The notes: a model not told the origin generated them from the sequence alone. A stretch of DNA of 63,638 nucleotides from Candidatus Gemmiger excrementipullorum (GCA_019115045.1 DXEI01000023.1:1-63638), one strand, 5' to 3'; shown: positions 42,547 through 52,582, numbered from the stretch's first letter. Numbers and translations: made by a program.

Positions 42547-43297
42547 CGAGTTCGCCTATTTTTACGATGAGCTCAACGGCGAAGCCGACTACGACGCGCT
42601 GTTCCGCTATATCCGGGCAGAACTGGCCGCGCACAGCGTGGACGGCGGCATTTTGGCCGACCTCGGCTGCGGTACCGGCGACCTGACGCTGATGCTGGCG
42701 CAGGCCGGGTACGACGTCATCGGCATCGACCGCTCGGAAGAGATGCTCAGCGTATTGCGGGAAAAAGCCGACGAGCTGGGCCTGACGGGGCGGCTGTTGC
42801 TGCTGCGGCAGGATCTTTTGGAGCTGGACCTGTACGGCACCATCCGTGCGGCGGTCTCGACGTTTGATACCTTCAGCCACATCGGCCCGCTGGACCGGTT
42901 CGAGCAGGCCATCCGCAAGGCGGCCTATTTTATGGAAGCAGGCGGCGTGTTCGTGTTCGACCTCAACACGCCTTACAAGCACGAGCACATCCTGGCCGGG
43001 CAGACTTTTGATATTGAGGCCGAGGATGCATCGTGCCGCTGGACCAACCGCAGCGGCGAAACAGACGGCGCGGTGCAGATCGACATCGACATCGCCTACC
43101 GCGACACCGGCGAGCATTTCCATGAGTCGTTCTGCGAGTACAGCTACCCGCGCGAGACAGTGGAGACTCTTTTGCAGCGCTACGGCTTTGCCGTGGCGCG
43201 TGTGGCCGACGGCGAGGATTTCGGCCCCGTGCGGTCCGACAGCCCGCGCTGGATCTTTACCGCGGTCAAGCAGTATACCCAGGAGGAAAAAGGATAA
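42536..43297 (+). CDS. Class I SAM-dependent methyltransferase
   Basis: ADLGCGTG, IDRSEEML. Confidence 0.9.
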   Translation: MAYNEFAYFYDELNGEADYDALFRYIRAELAAHSVDGGILADLGCGTGDLTLMLAQAGYDVIGIDRSEEMLSVLREKADELGLTGRLLLLRQDLLELDLYGTIRAAVSTFDTFSHIGPLDRFEQAIRKAAYFMEAGGVFVFDLNTPYKHEHILAGQTFDIEAEDASCRWTNRSGETDGAVQIDIDIAYRDTGEHFHESFCEYSYPRETVETLLQRYGFAVARVADGEDFGPVRSDSPRWIFTAVKQYTQEEKG

Positions 43298-44209
43298 ATG
43301 GAACAAAACCATAACATGCTGCGCGGCATCTCGCAGGACGGCGGCGTCGTGTTTTACGGCGTCGACTCCACCGAGATCGTGCGCGAGATGGAGCGCCTGC
43401 ACAAGACCAGCGCCGTCACCACCGCAGCGCTGGGCCGCTTGCTGACGGCGGCGTCGATGATGGGCATCATGCTCAAAAGCACGCAGGATTCCATCACGGT
43501 GCAGATCCGCGGCGGCGGCCCGGCCGGGCGGCTGCTGGCGGTGTCCGACGGCACCGGCAACGTCAAAGGTTATGTCGAAAACCCGGTGGTGGAACTGCCC
43601 CCGCGTGCCGACGGCCACCTGGACGTCGGCGCCGCTGTCGGCCGCGACGGCACGCTGGACGTCATCCGCGACCTGGGCCTGCGCGAACCCTACATCGGCC
43701 AGGTGCCGCTTGTTTCCGGCGAGATCGCCGAGGACATCACGCGGTATTTTGCCATCAGCGAGCAGGTGCCCACCGTCTGCGCGCTGGGCGTGCTGGTCAA
43801 CCCGGACTTGAGCGTGCAGTGCGCGGGCGGGTTTATCGTGCAGCTGCTGCCCGGCGCGACCGACCAGGAGATCGACAAGCTGGAACAAAACATCCAAGCG
43901 CTGCCCAGCGTCACCGCGATGCTGGCCGACGGCAAGACGGTGCAGGATATGCTGGACATGGCGCTCGAAGGCTTCCAGCCGGAAATTTTGGACAGCTACC
44001 ATGTGACCTACCGCTGCGACTGCAGCCGCGAGCGCGTGGAGAAAACGCTGCGCAGCCTGGGCCGCAAAGAGGTCGAGCGCCTGCGCGACGAGGACCCTGT
44101 GGCCGAAGTGGACTGCCAGTTCTGCGGCAAAATCTACCGCGTGGACCTCGATGAACTGCTGCAAAATTGGCCATGTGACGCGCAAAATGAAGCGGGGGAG
44201 AGCGAATAA
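43298..44209 (+). CDS. hslO: Hsp33 redox-regulated chaperone
   Basis: AALGRLL, GEIAED, CDC...CQFC zinc switch. Confidence 0.95.
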   Translation: MEQNHNMLRGISQDGGVVFYGVDSTEIVREMERLHKTSAVTTAALGRLLTAASMMGIMLKSTQDSITVQIRGGGPAGRLLAVSDGTGNVKGYVENPVVELPPRADGHLDVGAAVGRDGTLDVIRDLGLREPYIGQVPLVSGEIAEDITRYFAISEQVPTVCALGVLVNPDLSVQCAGGFIVQLLPGATDQEIDKLEQNIQALPSVTAMLADGKTVQDMLDMALEGFQPEILDSYHVTYRCDCSRERVEKTLRSLGRKEVERLRDEDPVAEVDCQFCGKIYRVDLDELLQNWPCDAQNEAGESE

Positions 44210-44315
44210 AAAAATCGGCAAAAAAATGGCCGAAAATGCTTGACAAATGTATTGGGGTTGTATATAATAATACCCGTCGCCCGGAGAGAGCGGCTGAGAA
44301 AAACTCTCCACATAT

Positions 44316-44391
44316 GCGGCCGTAGCTCATCTGGTAGAGCGCCACCTTGCCAAGGTGGAGGTAGCGAGTTCGAGCCTCGTCGGCCGCTCCA
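44316..44391 (+). tRNA. tRNA-Gly(GCC)
   Basis: Cloverleaf, CCACC-TTGCCAA-GGTGG, ends TCCA; array promoter TTGACA at 44240. Confidence 0.97.
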
Positions 44392-44395
44392 TTGC

Positions 44396-44471
44396 GGAAG
44401 TTTAGCTCAGCTGGGAGAGCATCTGCCTTACAAGCAGAGGGTCAGCGGTTCGAGCCCGTTAACTTCCACCA
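44396..44471 (+). tRNA. tRNA-Val(TAC)
   Basis: TCTGC-CTTACAA-GCAGA, ends ACCA. Confidence 0.97.
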
Positions 44472-44476
44472 AACAT

Positions 44477-44553
44477 GGCCCGGTAGTTCAGTTGGTTAGA
44501 ACGCTAGCCTGTCACGCTAGAGGTCGTCAGTTCGAGCCTGATTCGGGTCGCCA
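44477..44553 (+). tRNA. tRNA-Asp(GTC)
   Basis: CTAGC-CTGTCAC-GCTAG, ends GCCA. Confidence 0.97.
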
Positions 44554-44556
44554 TTT

Positions 44557-44632
44557 GCCTCTGTAGCTCAGTCGGTAGAGCAGGGGACTGAAAATCCCCG
44601 TGTCATTGGTTCGATTCCGATCGGAGGCACCA
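44557..44632 (+). tRNA. tRNA-Phe(GAA)
   Basis: GGGGA-CTGAAAA-TCCCC, ends ACCA. Confidence 0.97.
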
Positions 44633-44668
44633 CACCCACGTACCCTGGGGTCTAGCAGGGTACAATAT

Positions 44669-44744
44669 GCGGCCGTAGCTCATCTGGTAGAGCGCCACCT
44701 TGCCAAGGTGGAGGTAGCGAGTTCGAGCCTCGTCGGCCGCTCCA
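44669..44744 (+). tRNA. tRNA-Gly(GCC), second identical copy
   Basis: Identical to 44316-44391. Confidence 0.97.
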
Positions 44745-44787
44745 CAAACAACAAAATACCGGCCAACCGCCGGTATTTTGTTTATAT

Positions 44788-44862
44788 GGTGACGTGGCCA
44801 AGTGGTAAGGCAAGGGTCTGCAAAACCCTCATTCACCAGTTCAAATCTGGTCGTCACCTCCA
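44788..44862 (+). tRNA. tRNA-Cys(GCA)
   Basis: AGGGT-CTGCAAA-ACCCT, ends TCCA. Confidence 0.96.
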
Positions 44863-44906
44863 AAACAAACCGCTTTTGGGCAACCGCCCAAAGCGGTTTG
44901 TTTTTA
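44863..44906 (+). terminator. Terminator of the tRNA array
   Basis: AAACAAACCGCTTT / AAAGCGGTTTGTTT inverted repeat with T-tract. Confidence 0.8.
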
Positions 44907-45046
44907 TTGTCCCATGTGCGCGGTCCGGCCGGCGCCTTTGTTTCGGCTCGCACGGCGCAAGCGTGCCGCAAAACCGGTTGTGCGTTTTGCCAAAATGTGC
45001 TATGATAAACTTTACAGAACGTGAAAGGGAAGGGGGATACGCCGCC

Positions 45047-45754
45047 ATGTACCGCATTGCCATCGTAGAGGACGAAGCGCCCTGCCGCGAGGAACTGCGC
45101 GGGTATATCGAGCGTTACGGCCAGGAACACGGGCAGGAGTTCAGCGTTTACCCGTTTGCGGACGGCAGCGAGATCCTGCAAAATTATGAGCCGCGCTACG
45201 ACGTCATCCTGCTGGACATCGAGATGCCGCGCGTCGGCGGCATGGAGGCCGCCCAGGCCATCCGCGAGGTAGACGAAAACGTCGTGCTCGTCTTTATCAC
45301 CAATATGGCGCAGTATGCCATCAAGGGCTACAGCGTCGGCGCGCTGGATTTCGTCATGAAACCGGTGTCATACTATACCTTCCAGATGAAATTTACCCGC
45401 GCGCTGGAACGCGCTGCCAAACGCCGCAATGAGGAGATCCTGCTCACCCTGCCGGACCGCATCCAGCGCATCGGCGTGCAGCAGATCCATTATGTCGAGG
45501 TGCAGGATCACATGCTGCACTACCACACCGAACAGGGCGAGTACGTGCTGCGCGGCACGCTGCAAAACGCCGAAAAACAGCTGGCGCCTTACCATTTTGC
45601 GCGCTGCAACCACTGGTACATCGTCAACCTGGCGCATGTGCAGCAGGTCAAGCGCGATACCGTGGTGGTGGCCGGCCATGAGCTGGAGATCAGCCGCCGC
45701 GCCCGCACCGGCTTTTTGAACGCCCTGACCGATTACATAGGGGGCGCCAGCTGA
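45047..45754 (+). CDS. LytTR family response regulator
   Basis: IAIVEDE, LLDIEMP, FVMKP receiver; C-terminal YVEV...FARCNHWYIVNL LytTR domain. Confidence 0.93.
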   Translation: MYRIAIVEDEAPCREELRGYIERYGQEHGQEFSVYPFADGSEILQNYEPRYDVILLDIEMPRVGGMEAAQAIREVDENVVLVFITNMAQYAIKGYSVGALDFVMKPVSYYTFQMKFTRALERAAKRRNEEILLTLPDRIQRIGVQQIHYVEVQDHMLHYHTEQGEYVLRGTLQNAEKQLAPYHFARCNHWYIVNLAHVQQVKRDTVVVAGHELEISRRARTGFLNALTDYIGGAS

Positions 45755-47046
45755 TGGGCGGCGCCATGCTGCTGCGCTGCTTGACGCTGACGCTGCTGCC
45801 CTTTGCCGCTGTGCTGGCTTTTGCCTGGCCGGTGCGCCGCCGCAGCCACTATGCGCTGCGTGTGGGGCTGTGCCTGGGCGTGGCCGTGGCGCTGGCGGTG
45901 GCGGCCTGGGCGGGCGGTGCGCTGCTGCTGCCATCCTCGCCGCTGCAGCTGGTGCTGGTGGCGGCGCTGGCGGTGCTGCAAGCCTGCTTTTTGTGCGACC
46001 AGCCGCTGCACGCCTCGCTGTATACGGCCATCTGGGGGCTGATGACGCAGCAGTTCTGCTGGCAGCTGTTCAACGCCCTGTATGTGCTGCCCGCCGTGGC
46101 GCTGCCCTGGCTGGCATTGGCGCCGTTCACGCTGCTGTGCGGCGTGCCGGTCTATGCGCTGGTGGCGCGCCGCCTGCCGGTGGGCGGGCGGTACCGCGTG
46201 GGCCCGCGGCAGACGACATCGGCTGTGCTGATTTTCCTGCTGTTCTCGTTTGTGGCTGTCGGCATCCTGCGCGGGTACGACAGCGTCCTGCCGCTGCCGC
46301 AAAGTGCGCTGGCGCTGATGTGCGAGTTTTACTGCCTGACGATCCTCTACCTGCAAAACGCGCTGTTCAAGAACAGCGCCATCCAAAAAGAGCTGACGAC
46401 GCTGGACCTGCTGTGGCACCAGCAGAAAGAACAGTACGACCTTGCCAAAGAGAACATCGCCCTGATCAACCGCAAATGCCACGACCTCAAGCACCAGGTG
46501 CGCGCGCTGCGCGATATGGCCGACAACGACCAGCGGCGGAAGTACCTCGATGAGATCGACGATTCCATCCGCATTTATGAGTCCATCGTCAAGACGGGCA
46601 GCGAGGTGCTGGATACCATTTTGACAGAGAAGAGCCTGCTCTGCAAAGAAAAAGACATCCAGATCCACTGTGTCGCCGACGGCAGCCGCATGGGCTTTTT
46701 GGACCCGGTGGACGCGTATACGATCTTTGGCAACGCCATCGACAACGCCATTGAGGAAGTGCAGAAGTTTGCCGACCACGACAAACGGCAGATCGACGTG
46801 CTGATCCATGTGCGGCAGCAGTTTCTGGTCATCAGCATCACCAACCCGCTCACGGCTGCGCCGTCTTTCCGCGACGGCCTGCCCCAGACCACCAAGGGCA
46901 ACAACGGCTACCACGGGTTTGGCTTAAAAAGTGTGCAGCACACCGTGGGCAAGTACGGTGGCAACCTGACCATCGGCACCGAGGACGGCTGTTTTACCCT
47001 GAAGATCCTGTTCCCGCTGCCGCAGACCGCCGCTGCGCCGGCCTGA
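45754..47046 (+). CDS. Membrane sensor histidine kinase (AgrC-like GHKL)
   Basis: Multi-TM N-terminus, KCHDLKHQ, FGNAIDNAIE, HGFGLKSV. Confidence 0.92.
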   Translation: MGGAMLLRCLTLTLLPFAAVLAFAWPVRRRSHYALRVGLCLGVAVALAVAAWAGGALLLPSSPLQLVLVAALAVLQACFLCDQPLHASLYTAIWGLMTQQFCWQLFNALYVLPAVALPWLALAPFTLLCGVPVYALVARRLPVGGRYRVGPRQTTSAVLIFLLFSFVAVGILRGYDSVLPLPQSALALMCEFYCLTILYLQNALFKNSAIQKELTTLDLLWHQQKEQYDLAKENIALINRKCHDLKHQVRALRDMADNDQRRKYLDEIDDSIRIYESIVKTGSEVLDTILTEKSLLCKEKDIQIHCVADGSRMGFLDPVDAYTIFGNAIDNAIEEVQKFADHDKRQIDVLIHVRQQFLVISITNPLTAAPSFRDGLPQTTKGNNGYHGFGLKSVQHTVGKYGGNLTIGTEDGCFTLKILFPLPQTAAAPA

Positions 47047-47159
47047 ACAGCGCCCAACACAGCAAAATATGTGCGCGACTGCAAAGCGTCCTTGTCGAAA
47101 GGGCGCTTTTTTTCGTACCTGCATAGCAAAACGCACAAATTGCAGGGCCTAAAAACTGA

Positions 47160-47248
47160 CAATGTGAACGAAGTTTCTCTCCACATAGGATAAAAAATTG
47201 ACCACTTCCGACAAAGCGATTGTAAATAAATTGTGTACAAGTTATGAT
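47160..47248 (+). promoter_or_regulatory. Promoter/operator region of the glycoside utilisation operon
   Basis: TTGTAA-17-TATGAT (47220-47248); direct repeats CAC-N4-GAYAAA at 47182 and 47203; near-palindrome AAATTGTGTACAAGTT at 47228-47243. Confidence 0.6.
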
Positions 47249-47306
47249 AAGGGTACAAAGATAAGGAAATAGGGCGTTCCCGCCCGGAAATGAGGTTGTT
47301 GGTCCG

Positions 47307-49235
47307 ATGAGAAGATCGATCCCTGTGGACCAGGCATGGCAGTTTACCATGCCGGGCCAGCCCGCCTGCACCGTCACCCTGCCGCATACCTGGAACGCCC
47401 AGGACGGCCAGGACGGCGGCAACGACTACAAGCGCCTTACCTGCACCTACCAGACCAAACTTGCCGCGCCGGAATATGACGCCGGCACGCAGCGCGTCTA
47501 CCTGCAGTTCGACGGCGTCAACGCTTCGGCCAAAGTGCAGCTCAACGGGCAGGTCGTCTGCCAGCATGACGGCGGGTACTCGACGTTCCGCGCCGACATC
47601 ACCGACGTGCTGGCGGCCGAAAACGACCTGCTGGTGGAAGTGGACAACAGCAAAAATGACCGCGTCTACCCGCAAAAAGCAGACTTTACGTTCTACGGCG
47701 GCATCTACCGCGCCGTCACGCTGCTGGTCGTCGACAAACACCACTTTGATTTGGACTACTACGGCGGCCCCGGCATCAAGGTGACGGCCAAACCCTCGGC
47801 CGATTACAAGAGCGGTACCGTCCAGGTCGAGACCTGGCACAATGCCGCCAACGGCAGCGTGGCCGTGCAGCTGCTGGACGCCGACGGCAACCCGGTGGCC
47901 GAGGGCAGCGGCGCCGATGTGACGCTGACCATCCCGGCTGTGCACCTGTGGGACGGCCGCAAGGACCCCTACCTCTACACGGCGGTCGCCACCCTGACGG
48001 TGGACGGCCAGGCGGTGGACGAGGTGCGCACCCGCTTTGGCGTGCGCGATTTCAAGGTCGACGCCAAGAGCGGTTTCTGGCTCAACGGCCGGCGTTACCC
48101 GCTGCACGGCGTCTCCCGCCATCAGGACCGCAAGGGCCTGGGCAACGCCATCACCAGGGCGATGCACGACGAGGACATGGCGCTCATCCAAGAAGTCGGC
48201 GCCAATACCGTTCGCCTGGCGCATTACCAGCACGACCAGTACTTCTATGACCTGTGCGACGAGGCCGGCATGGTCGTCTGGGCCGAGATCCCCTATATCA
48301 GCGAGCATATGCCGAACGGCCGCGACAACACCGTCAGCCAGATGACCGAGCTCATCACCCAGAACTACAACCACGCCTGCATCGTGTGCTGGGGCGTCTC
48401 CAACGAGATCACGATCTCGACCAAAGACAAGGCCGACATGCTGGACAACCACCGCATGCTCAACGACCTGTGCCACAAGCTGGACCCCACCCGCCTGACG
48501 ACGCTGGCCTGCTACGCCATGTGCGGGCCGTTCAACCGCTCGGCCCACATCACCGACCTGGTCAGCTGGAACCTGTACCTGGGCTGGTATGTGCCGGGGT
48601 TCTTCCTCAACGATCTGTGGATGGATTTCTTCCACCTCGTCTACCCCAACCGCCCGCTGGGCTTCAGCGAGTACGGCGCCGAGGCGATGCCCAACCTGCA
48701 CAGCCTGCACCCGCGCCGCGGTGACCATACCGAGGATTACCAGGCCATTTACCACGAGTACATGCTGCGCTGCTTTGACCGCCACCCCTGGCTGTGGGCG
48801 ACGCATGTGTGGAATATGTTCGACTTTGCCGCCGACGCCCGCGACCAGGGCGGCGAGCCCGGCATGAACCACAAGGGCCTGGTGACGTTCGACCGCAAGA
48901 CCAAAAAGGACGCTTTCTACCTCTACAAAGCATGGTGGAGCGACGAGCCGTTCGTCTACATCGCCGGCCGCCGCCGTGCCGACCGCGAGGAAGGCACCAC
49001 CGTCATCAAGGTCTACACCAACCAGAAAAAAGTCACGCTGTATGCCAACGGCAGCCCGGTGGGCGAAAAGACCGGGGACAAGGTCTTTACCTTTGAGATC
49101 CCGCTGTCCGGCGATGTGACCGTCCGCGCGGAAGCCGGCGGCCAGACCGACGAGACGACCTTCCACAAAGTGGACGCGCCCAACCCCGCCTACAAGCTGC
49201 AAAAGGGCAAAAGCCAGAGCGCCAACTGGGTTTAA
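47307..49235 (+). CDS. Glycoside hydrolase family 2, probable beta-glucuronidase
   Basis: YGGIYR, HGVSRHQD, RLAHY, WGVSNE (acid/base), YLGWY, FSEYG (nucleophile), WNMFDF, NHKG (NxK). Confidence 0.85.
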   Translation: MRRSIPVDQAWQFTMPGQPACTVTLPHTWNAQDGQDGGNDYKRLTCTYQTKLAAPEYDAGTQRVYLQFDGVNASAKVQLNGQVVCQHDGGYSTFRADITDVLAAENDLLVEVDNSKNDRVYPQKADFTFYGGIYRAVTLLVVDKHHFDLDYYGGPGIKVTAKPSADYKSGTVQVETWHNAANGSVAVQLLDADGNPVAEGSGADVTLTIPAVHLWDGRKDPYLYTAVATLTVDGQAVDEVRTRFGVRDFKVDAKSGFWLNGRRYPLHGVSRHQDRKGLGNAITRAMHDEDMALIQEVGANTVRLAHYQHDQYFYDLCDEAGMVVWAEIPYISEHMPNGRDNTVSQMTELITQNYNHACIVCWGVSNEITISTKDKADMLDNHRMLNDLCHKLDPTRLTTLACYAMCGPFNRSAHITDLVSWNLYLGWYVPGFFLNDLWMDFFHLVYPNRPLGFSEYGAEAMPNLHSLHPRRGDHTEDYQAIYHEYMLRCFDRHPWLWATHVWNMFDFAADARDQGGEPGMNHKGLVTFDRKTKKDAFYLYKAWWSDEPFVYIAGRRRADREEGTTVIKVYTNQKKVTLYANGSPVGEKTGDKVFTFEIPLSGDVTVRAEAGGQTDETTFHKVDAPNPAYKLQKGKSQSANWV

Positions 49236-49338
49236 GCTATTTTTGGCTCTAAATAAATCTGGAACAGAAAGGGGAGGATCGCTTTCACAGCAAAGGGATA
49301 AACGGTATATTTCAGTATAAAGGAGGAAACAATACACC

Positions 49339-52300
49339 ATGAAACAATCGCGCAAAAAGGCAGTGTGGCGTGGCGTCAGCGGCATCGCGTGCTTCACCAT
49401 GTGCCTGTCTTTGATCCTGGGCAGCGCCCTGGAGGCCAACGCGGCCACCATCGACACCTACCTGGGCACCAACAGCGAGGCTCTGGTATCGGAAAACAAC
49501 GAGGAAAACCCGCTGTATGACAAGTTCACCCCGCCGGCCGAACTGCTCAATGAGGACGGCACCGGCAACTCTCAGGCGCTGATCGAGGCCGCCATCGACC
49601 TCAACCGCCGCGAAGTCGCCGAGGGCAGCGTTCTGCTGAAGAACAACGGCGTTCTGCCGCTGTCCAGCGGTTCCAACGTCACGCTGCTGGGCATCCGCTC
49701 GCACTCCAACCTGCTGGGCTCCAGCTTCGGCGTGAAGGCGCAGGGCGCCTACATCAGCCTGGAGCAGGCCTTGAGCCAGAACCGCACCGATTTCGCCAAC
49801 ACCATCGCCTGGTCGGTGGGCAGCCGCGGCGCGGCGCCTTCCGCCACCATCAGTGAGTGGACCGGCGACGAGTTTGATTTCGAAGGCGCTGGCTTCAACA
49901 TCAACCCCACCATGGTGGACATCTACGAGACGCTGGGCGAGACCTACGTCCATTACGAGAACGAACCCGCCGCTGAGGTCTACGACCCGGGCGAGCCCTC
50001 TGTGGATGAGATCGCCGCCGTTGACGGCAGCTACAAAGACAGCTTTGCCGAGTACGGCGACGCCGCCATCGTCGTCATCGCACGCCCCAGCTGCGAGCAG
50101 GTCGACTACCTGCCCGGTGGCGTGGCCGAGGGCCTTGGCTTTGAACATGGCGAGCCGCTGTCCCTGACCCAGAACGAACTGGATGCCATCGAACTGGCCA
50201 AAGAGGCCAGCGACAAGGTCATCGTGCTGATCTCCAGCTCCGCTTCGGTCGAGATCGGCACGCTGAAGAACGACCCCGACGTTGACGCCATCCTGTGGAT
50301 CGGCGCCCCCGGCTGCTACGGCATGCTGGGCGTGGCCGACATCCTGTGCGGCCGTGTCAGCCCCTCCGGCGGTCTGTTCGACATCTTCACCACGTACAAC
50401 ATGTCCGCGCCTGCCATGCAGAACATGGGCAAGATGTACTACACCAATACCGAAGGCACCATCACCCGTACCGGCGGCGTCCTGGGCTTCAACCCCGGCG
50501 CGTACGTCATCGAGGCGGAGGACATCTACGTTGGCTACCGCTACTACGAGACCCGCTACTATGACGCCGTGGCCGGCAACGGCAACGCCACCAGCCCGGT
50601 CGGCGCGTACGGCTCTGACACCGAGTGGAACTACGACAACGAGGTCGCCTACGGCTTCGGCTACGGCCTGAGCTACACCGAGTTCACCTACGAGTTCGAG
50701 GGCGAGCCTACCTTTGAGATCTCTACCGACCCCGAGACCGGCGCCCCCAACGCGTACGCCACCTTCAACGTCAAGGTGACCAACGTCGGCAGTGTGGCCG
50801 GCAAGACCCCGGTCCAGATCTACGGCCAGGCGCCCTACACCCCCGGCGGCATCGAGAAATCCGCCATCCAGCTGATGAACTTTGAAAAGACCGAGATCCT
50901 TGAGCCCGGCGCTTCCGAAGTCGTGCCCGTCAAGGTCGACCTGCAGTACATCGCCAGCTATGACGAGAGCTATGACAACGGCGACGGCACGACCGGCACC
51001 TACATCATGGATCCCGGCACCTACTACTTCTCTGTCGGCAACGGCGCGCACGACGCGCTGAACCACATCATGGCCGCCCAGGAAATGGACGCCGAACTGA
51101 TGTCCGGCACCGGCAACGCCGAGCAGGCCTGCACCGTCGAGATCGACGAGAACTTCATCTCCAAGACGATGTTCTCGGTCTCCAAGACCGGTTACAAGAT
51201 CTCCAACCAGCTGCCCTATGCCGACTGGAACTACTACCAGCCCGGCGAGGTCACCTACCTGTCCCGTACCGACTGGGCCGGCACCTTCCCCAAGACCTAT
51301 GATGCCATGACCCTGACCAACGAGGACCTCATCAACAACCTCAACGGCTACACCTACACCCTGCAGACCGGCGACGACACCAGCGAAGTGGTCTGGGGCG
51401 CGGACAACGGCATCTCCTTCTACGAGATGTACGGCGTGCCCTACGACGACCCGAAGTGGGATCAGCTGCTCGATCAGCTGACGCTGGAAGAGGCTATGTA
51501 CATCTTCACCTTCGGCGGTCCCTCCATCCCCGGCGCTGACTCCATCGGCACCGTCGAGACCTACATGACCGAGAACGCCGGCAACGGCATCGCCGTCAAC
51601 CTCAACGCCTCCAAAGACCCCAACGCCCCGTGGGCGATCCCTGCCAGCGACCCCAACGGCAACTGGCATCCCGAGGTCTTTGCCAACGCTCCCATGGGCG
51701 CTTCGACCTTTAACCCCGAATTGATGTATGAGCTGGGCCAGTTCACCGGCATCGAGTCGCTGTTCACCGGCATCAACATCCTGTGGGGCCCCGGCCTGAA
51801 CACCCACCGCCATGCGTACAACGGCCGTAACGGCGAGTATTACTCCGAGGATCCTGTCCTGTCCGGCGTGGCGGCGATGGAATTTGCCATCGGCGCGCTG
51901 GATTACGGCCTGGTTGCCGCTCCCAAGCACTTCGCGTTCAACGACCAGGAGTCCGAGCGCGGCGGTGTTTCTCCCTACATGACCGAGCAGCGCGCCCGTG
52001 AGGTCGAGCTGCGCGCGTACCAGATCGCCTTTGAGGCTACCAAGTACGACACCGAAGAGTACGACGCCGGTATGCGCGGCCTGATGACCTCCTTCTCCAA
52101 GATCGGTTCCATCGAGTGCACGACCAGTGAGGGCTTGATGACGGAGATCCTGGCCAACGAATGGGGCTTCATCGGCTATGCGGTCACCGACATTTACGAC
52201 GACGTTGACCTGTGGAGCGCCGTGCTGAACTCCGGCACTACCTGCTTCGACACCCGTGGCCAGGCCGGCTTCTACGGCACGACCACGCTGGAAAGCTCTA

Positions 52301-52581
52301 ACCTGTTCCAGAACCTGATCGAAGGCCGCGGCCTGGACGCCAACTTCATCGACGGCGACCTGAACCTGCAGCTGAAGCTGAAGGATGCGGTGCACAAGAA
52401 CATCTATGCCTGGAGCGAGAGCCATCTGATGAACCGCTACAATGCTACGACCCACATCGAGAGCCAGATGACCTGGTGGCGTGCCGCCTACTACGGGCTG
52501 GCCGGCGTTTCCGGCGCTGTGCTGCTGCTGGGCGTGGTGATGTATGTTATGGCCTCCACCCGTAAAAAGGAGGAAGTGTGA
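49339..52581 (+). CDS. Glycoside hydrolase family 3 (beta-glucosidase-like), permuted domain order, N- and C-terminal membrane segments
   Basis: EGSVLLKNN and FGYGLSYT precede GRNGEYYSEDP, KHFAFNDQE and nucleophile VTD; hydrophobic ends. Confidence 0.9.
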   Translation: MKQSRKKAVWRGVSGIACFTMCLSLILGSALEANAATIDTYLGTNSEALVSENNEENPLYDKFTPPAELLNEDGTGNSQALIEAAIDLNRREVAEGSVLLKNNGVLPLSSGSNVTLLGIRSHSNLLGSSFGVKAQGAYISLEQALSQNRTDFANTIAWSVGSRGAAPSATISEWTGDEFDFEGAGFNINPTMVDIYETLGETYVHYENEPAAEVYDPGEPSVDEIAAVDGSYKDSFAEYGDAAIVVIARPSCEQVDYLPGGVAEGLGFEHGEPLSLTQNELDAIELAKEASDKVIVLISSSASVEIGTLKNDPDVDAILWIGAPGCYGMLGVADILCGRVSPSGGLFDIFTTYNMSAPAMQNMGKMYYTNTEGTITRTGGVLGFNPGAYVIEAEDIYVGYRYYETRYYDAVAGNGNATSPVGAYGSDTEWNYDNEVAYGFGYGLSYTEFTYEFEGEPTFEISTDPETGAPNAYATFNVKVTNVGSVAGKTPVQIYGQAPYTPGGIEKSAIQLMNFEKTEILEPGASEVVPVKVDLQYIASYDESYDNGDGTTGTYIMDPGTYYFSVGNGAHDALNHIMAAQEMDAELMSGTGNAEQACTVEIDENFISKTMFSVSKTGYKISNQLPYADWNYYQPGEVTYLSRTDWAGTFPKTYDAMTLTNEDLINNLNGYTYTLQTGDDTSEVVWGADNGISFYEMYGVPYDDPKWDQLLDQLTLEEAMYIFTFGGPSIPGADSIGTVETYMTENAGNGIAVNLNASKDPNAPWAIPASDPNGNWHPEVFANAPMGASTFNPELMYELGQFTGIESLFTGINILWGPGLNTHRHAYNGRNGEYYSEDPVLSGVAAMEFAIGALDYGLVAAPKHFAFNDQESERGGVSPYMTEQRAREVELRAYQIAFEATKYDTEEYDAGMRGLMTSFSKIGSIECTTSEGLMTEILANEWGFIGYAVTDIYDDVDLWSAVLNSGTTCFDTRGQAGFYGTTTLESSNLFQNLIEGRGLDANFIDGDLNLQLKLKDAVHKNIYAWSESHLMNRYNATTHIESQMTWWRAAYYGLAGVSGAVLLLGVVMYVMASTRKKEEV

Positions 52582-52582
52582 C

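Noticed and set aside
44316-44744. Perfect 76-bp direct repeat suggesting attL/attR
   Set aside because: Both copies are full-length tRNA-Gly(GCC) genes enclosing only other tRNAs; this is ordinary gene duplication.
44600-45046. N-terminal extension of the LytTR ORF in the ORF track
   Set aside because: It overlaps tRNA genes and a terminator; the real start is the ATG at 45047 after a purine-rich RBS.
45047-47046. Possible agr-type quorum-sensing system
   Set aside because: No agrB or agrD-like ORF is nearby; the context points to carbohydrate sensing.
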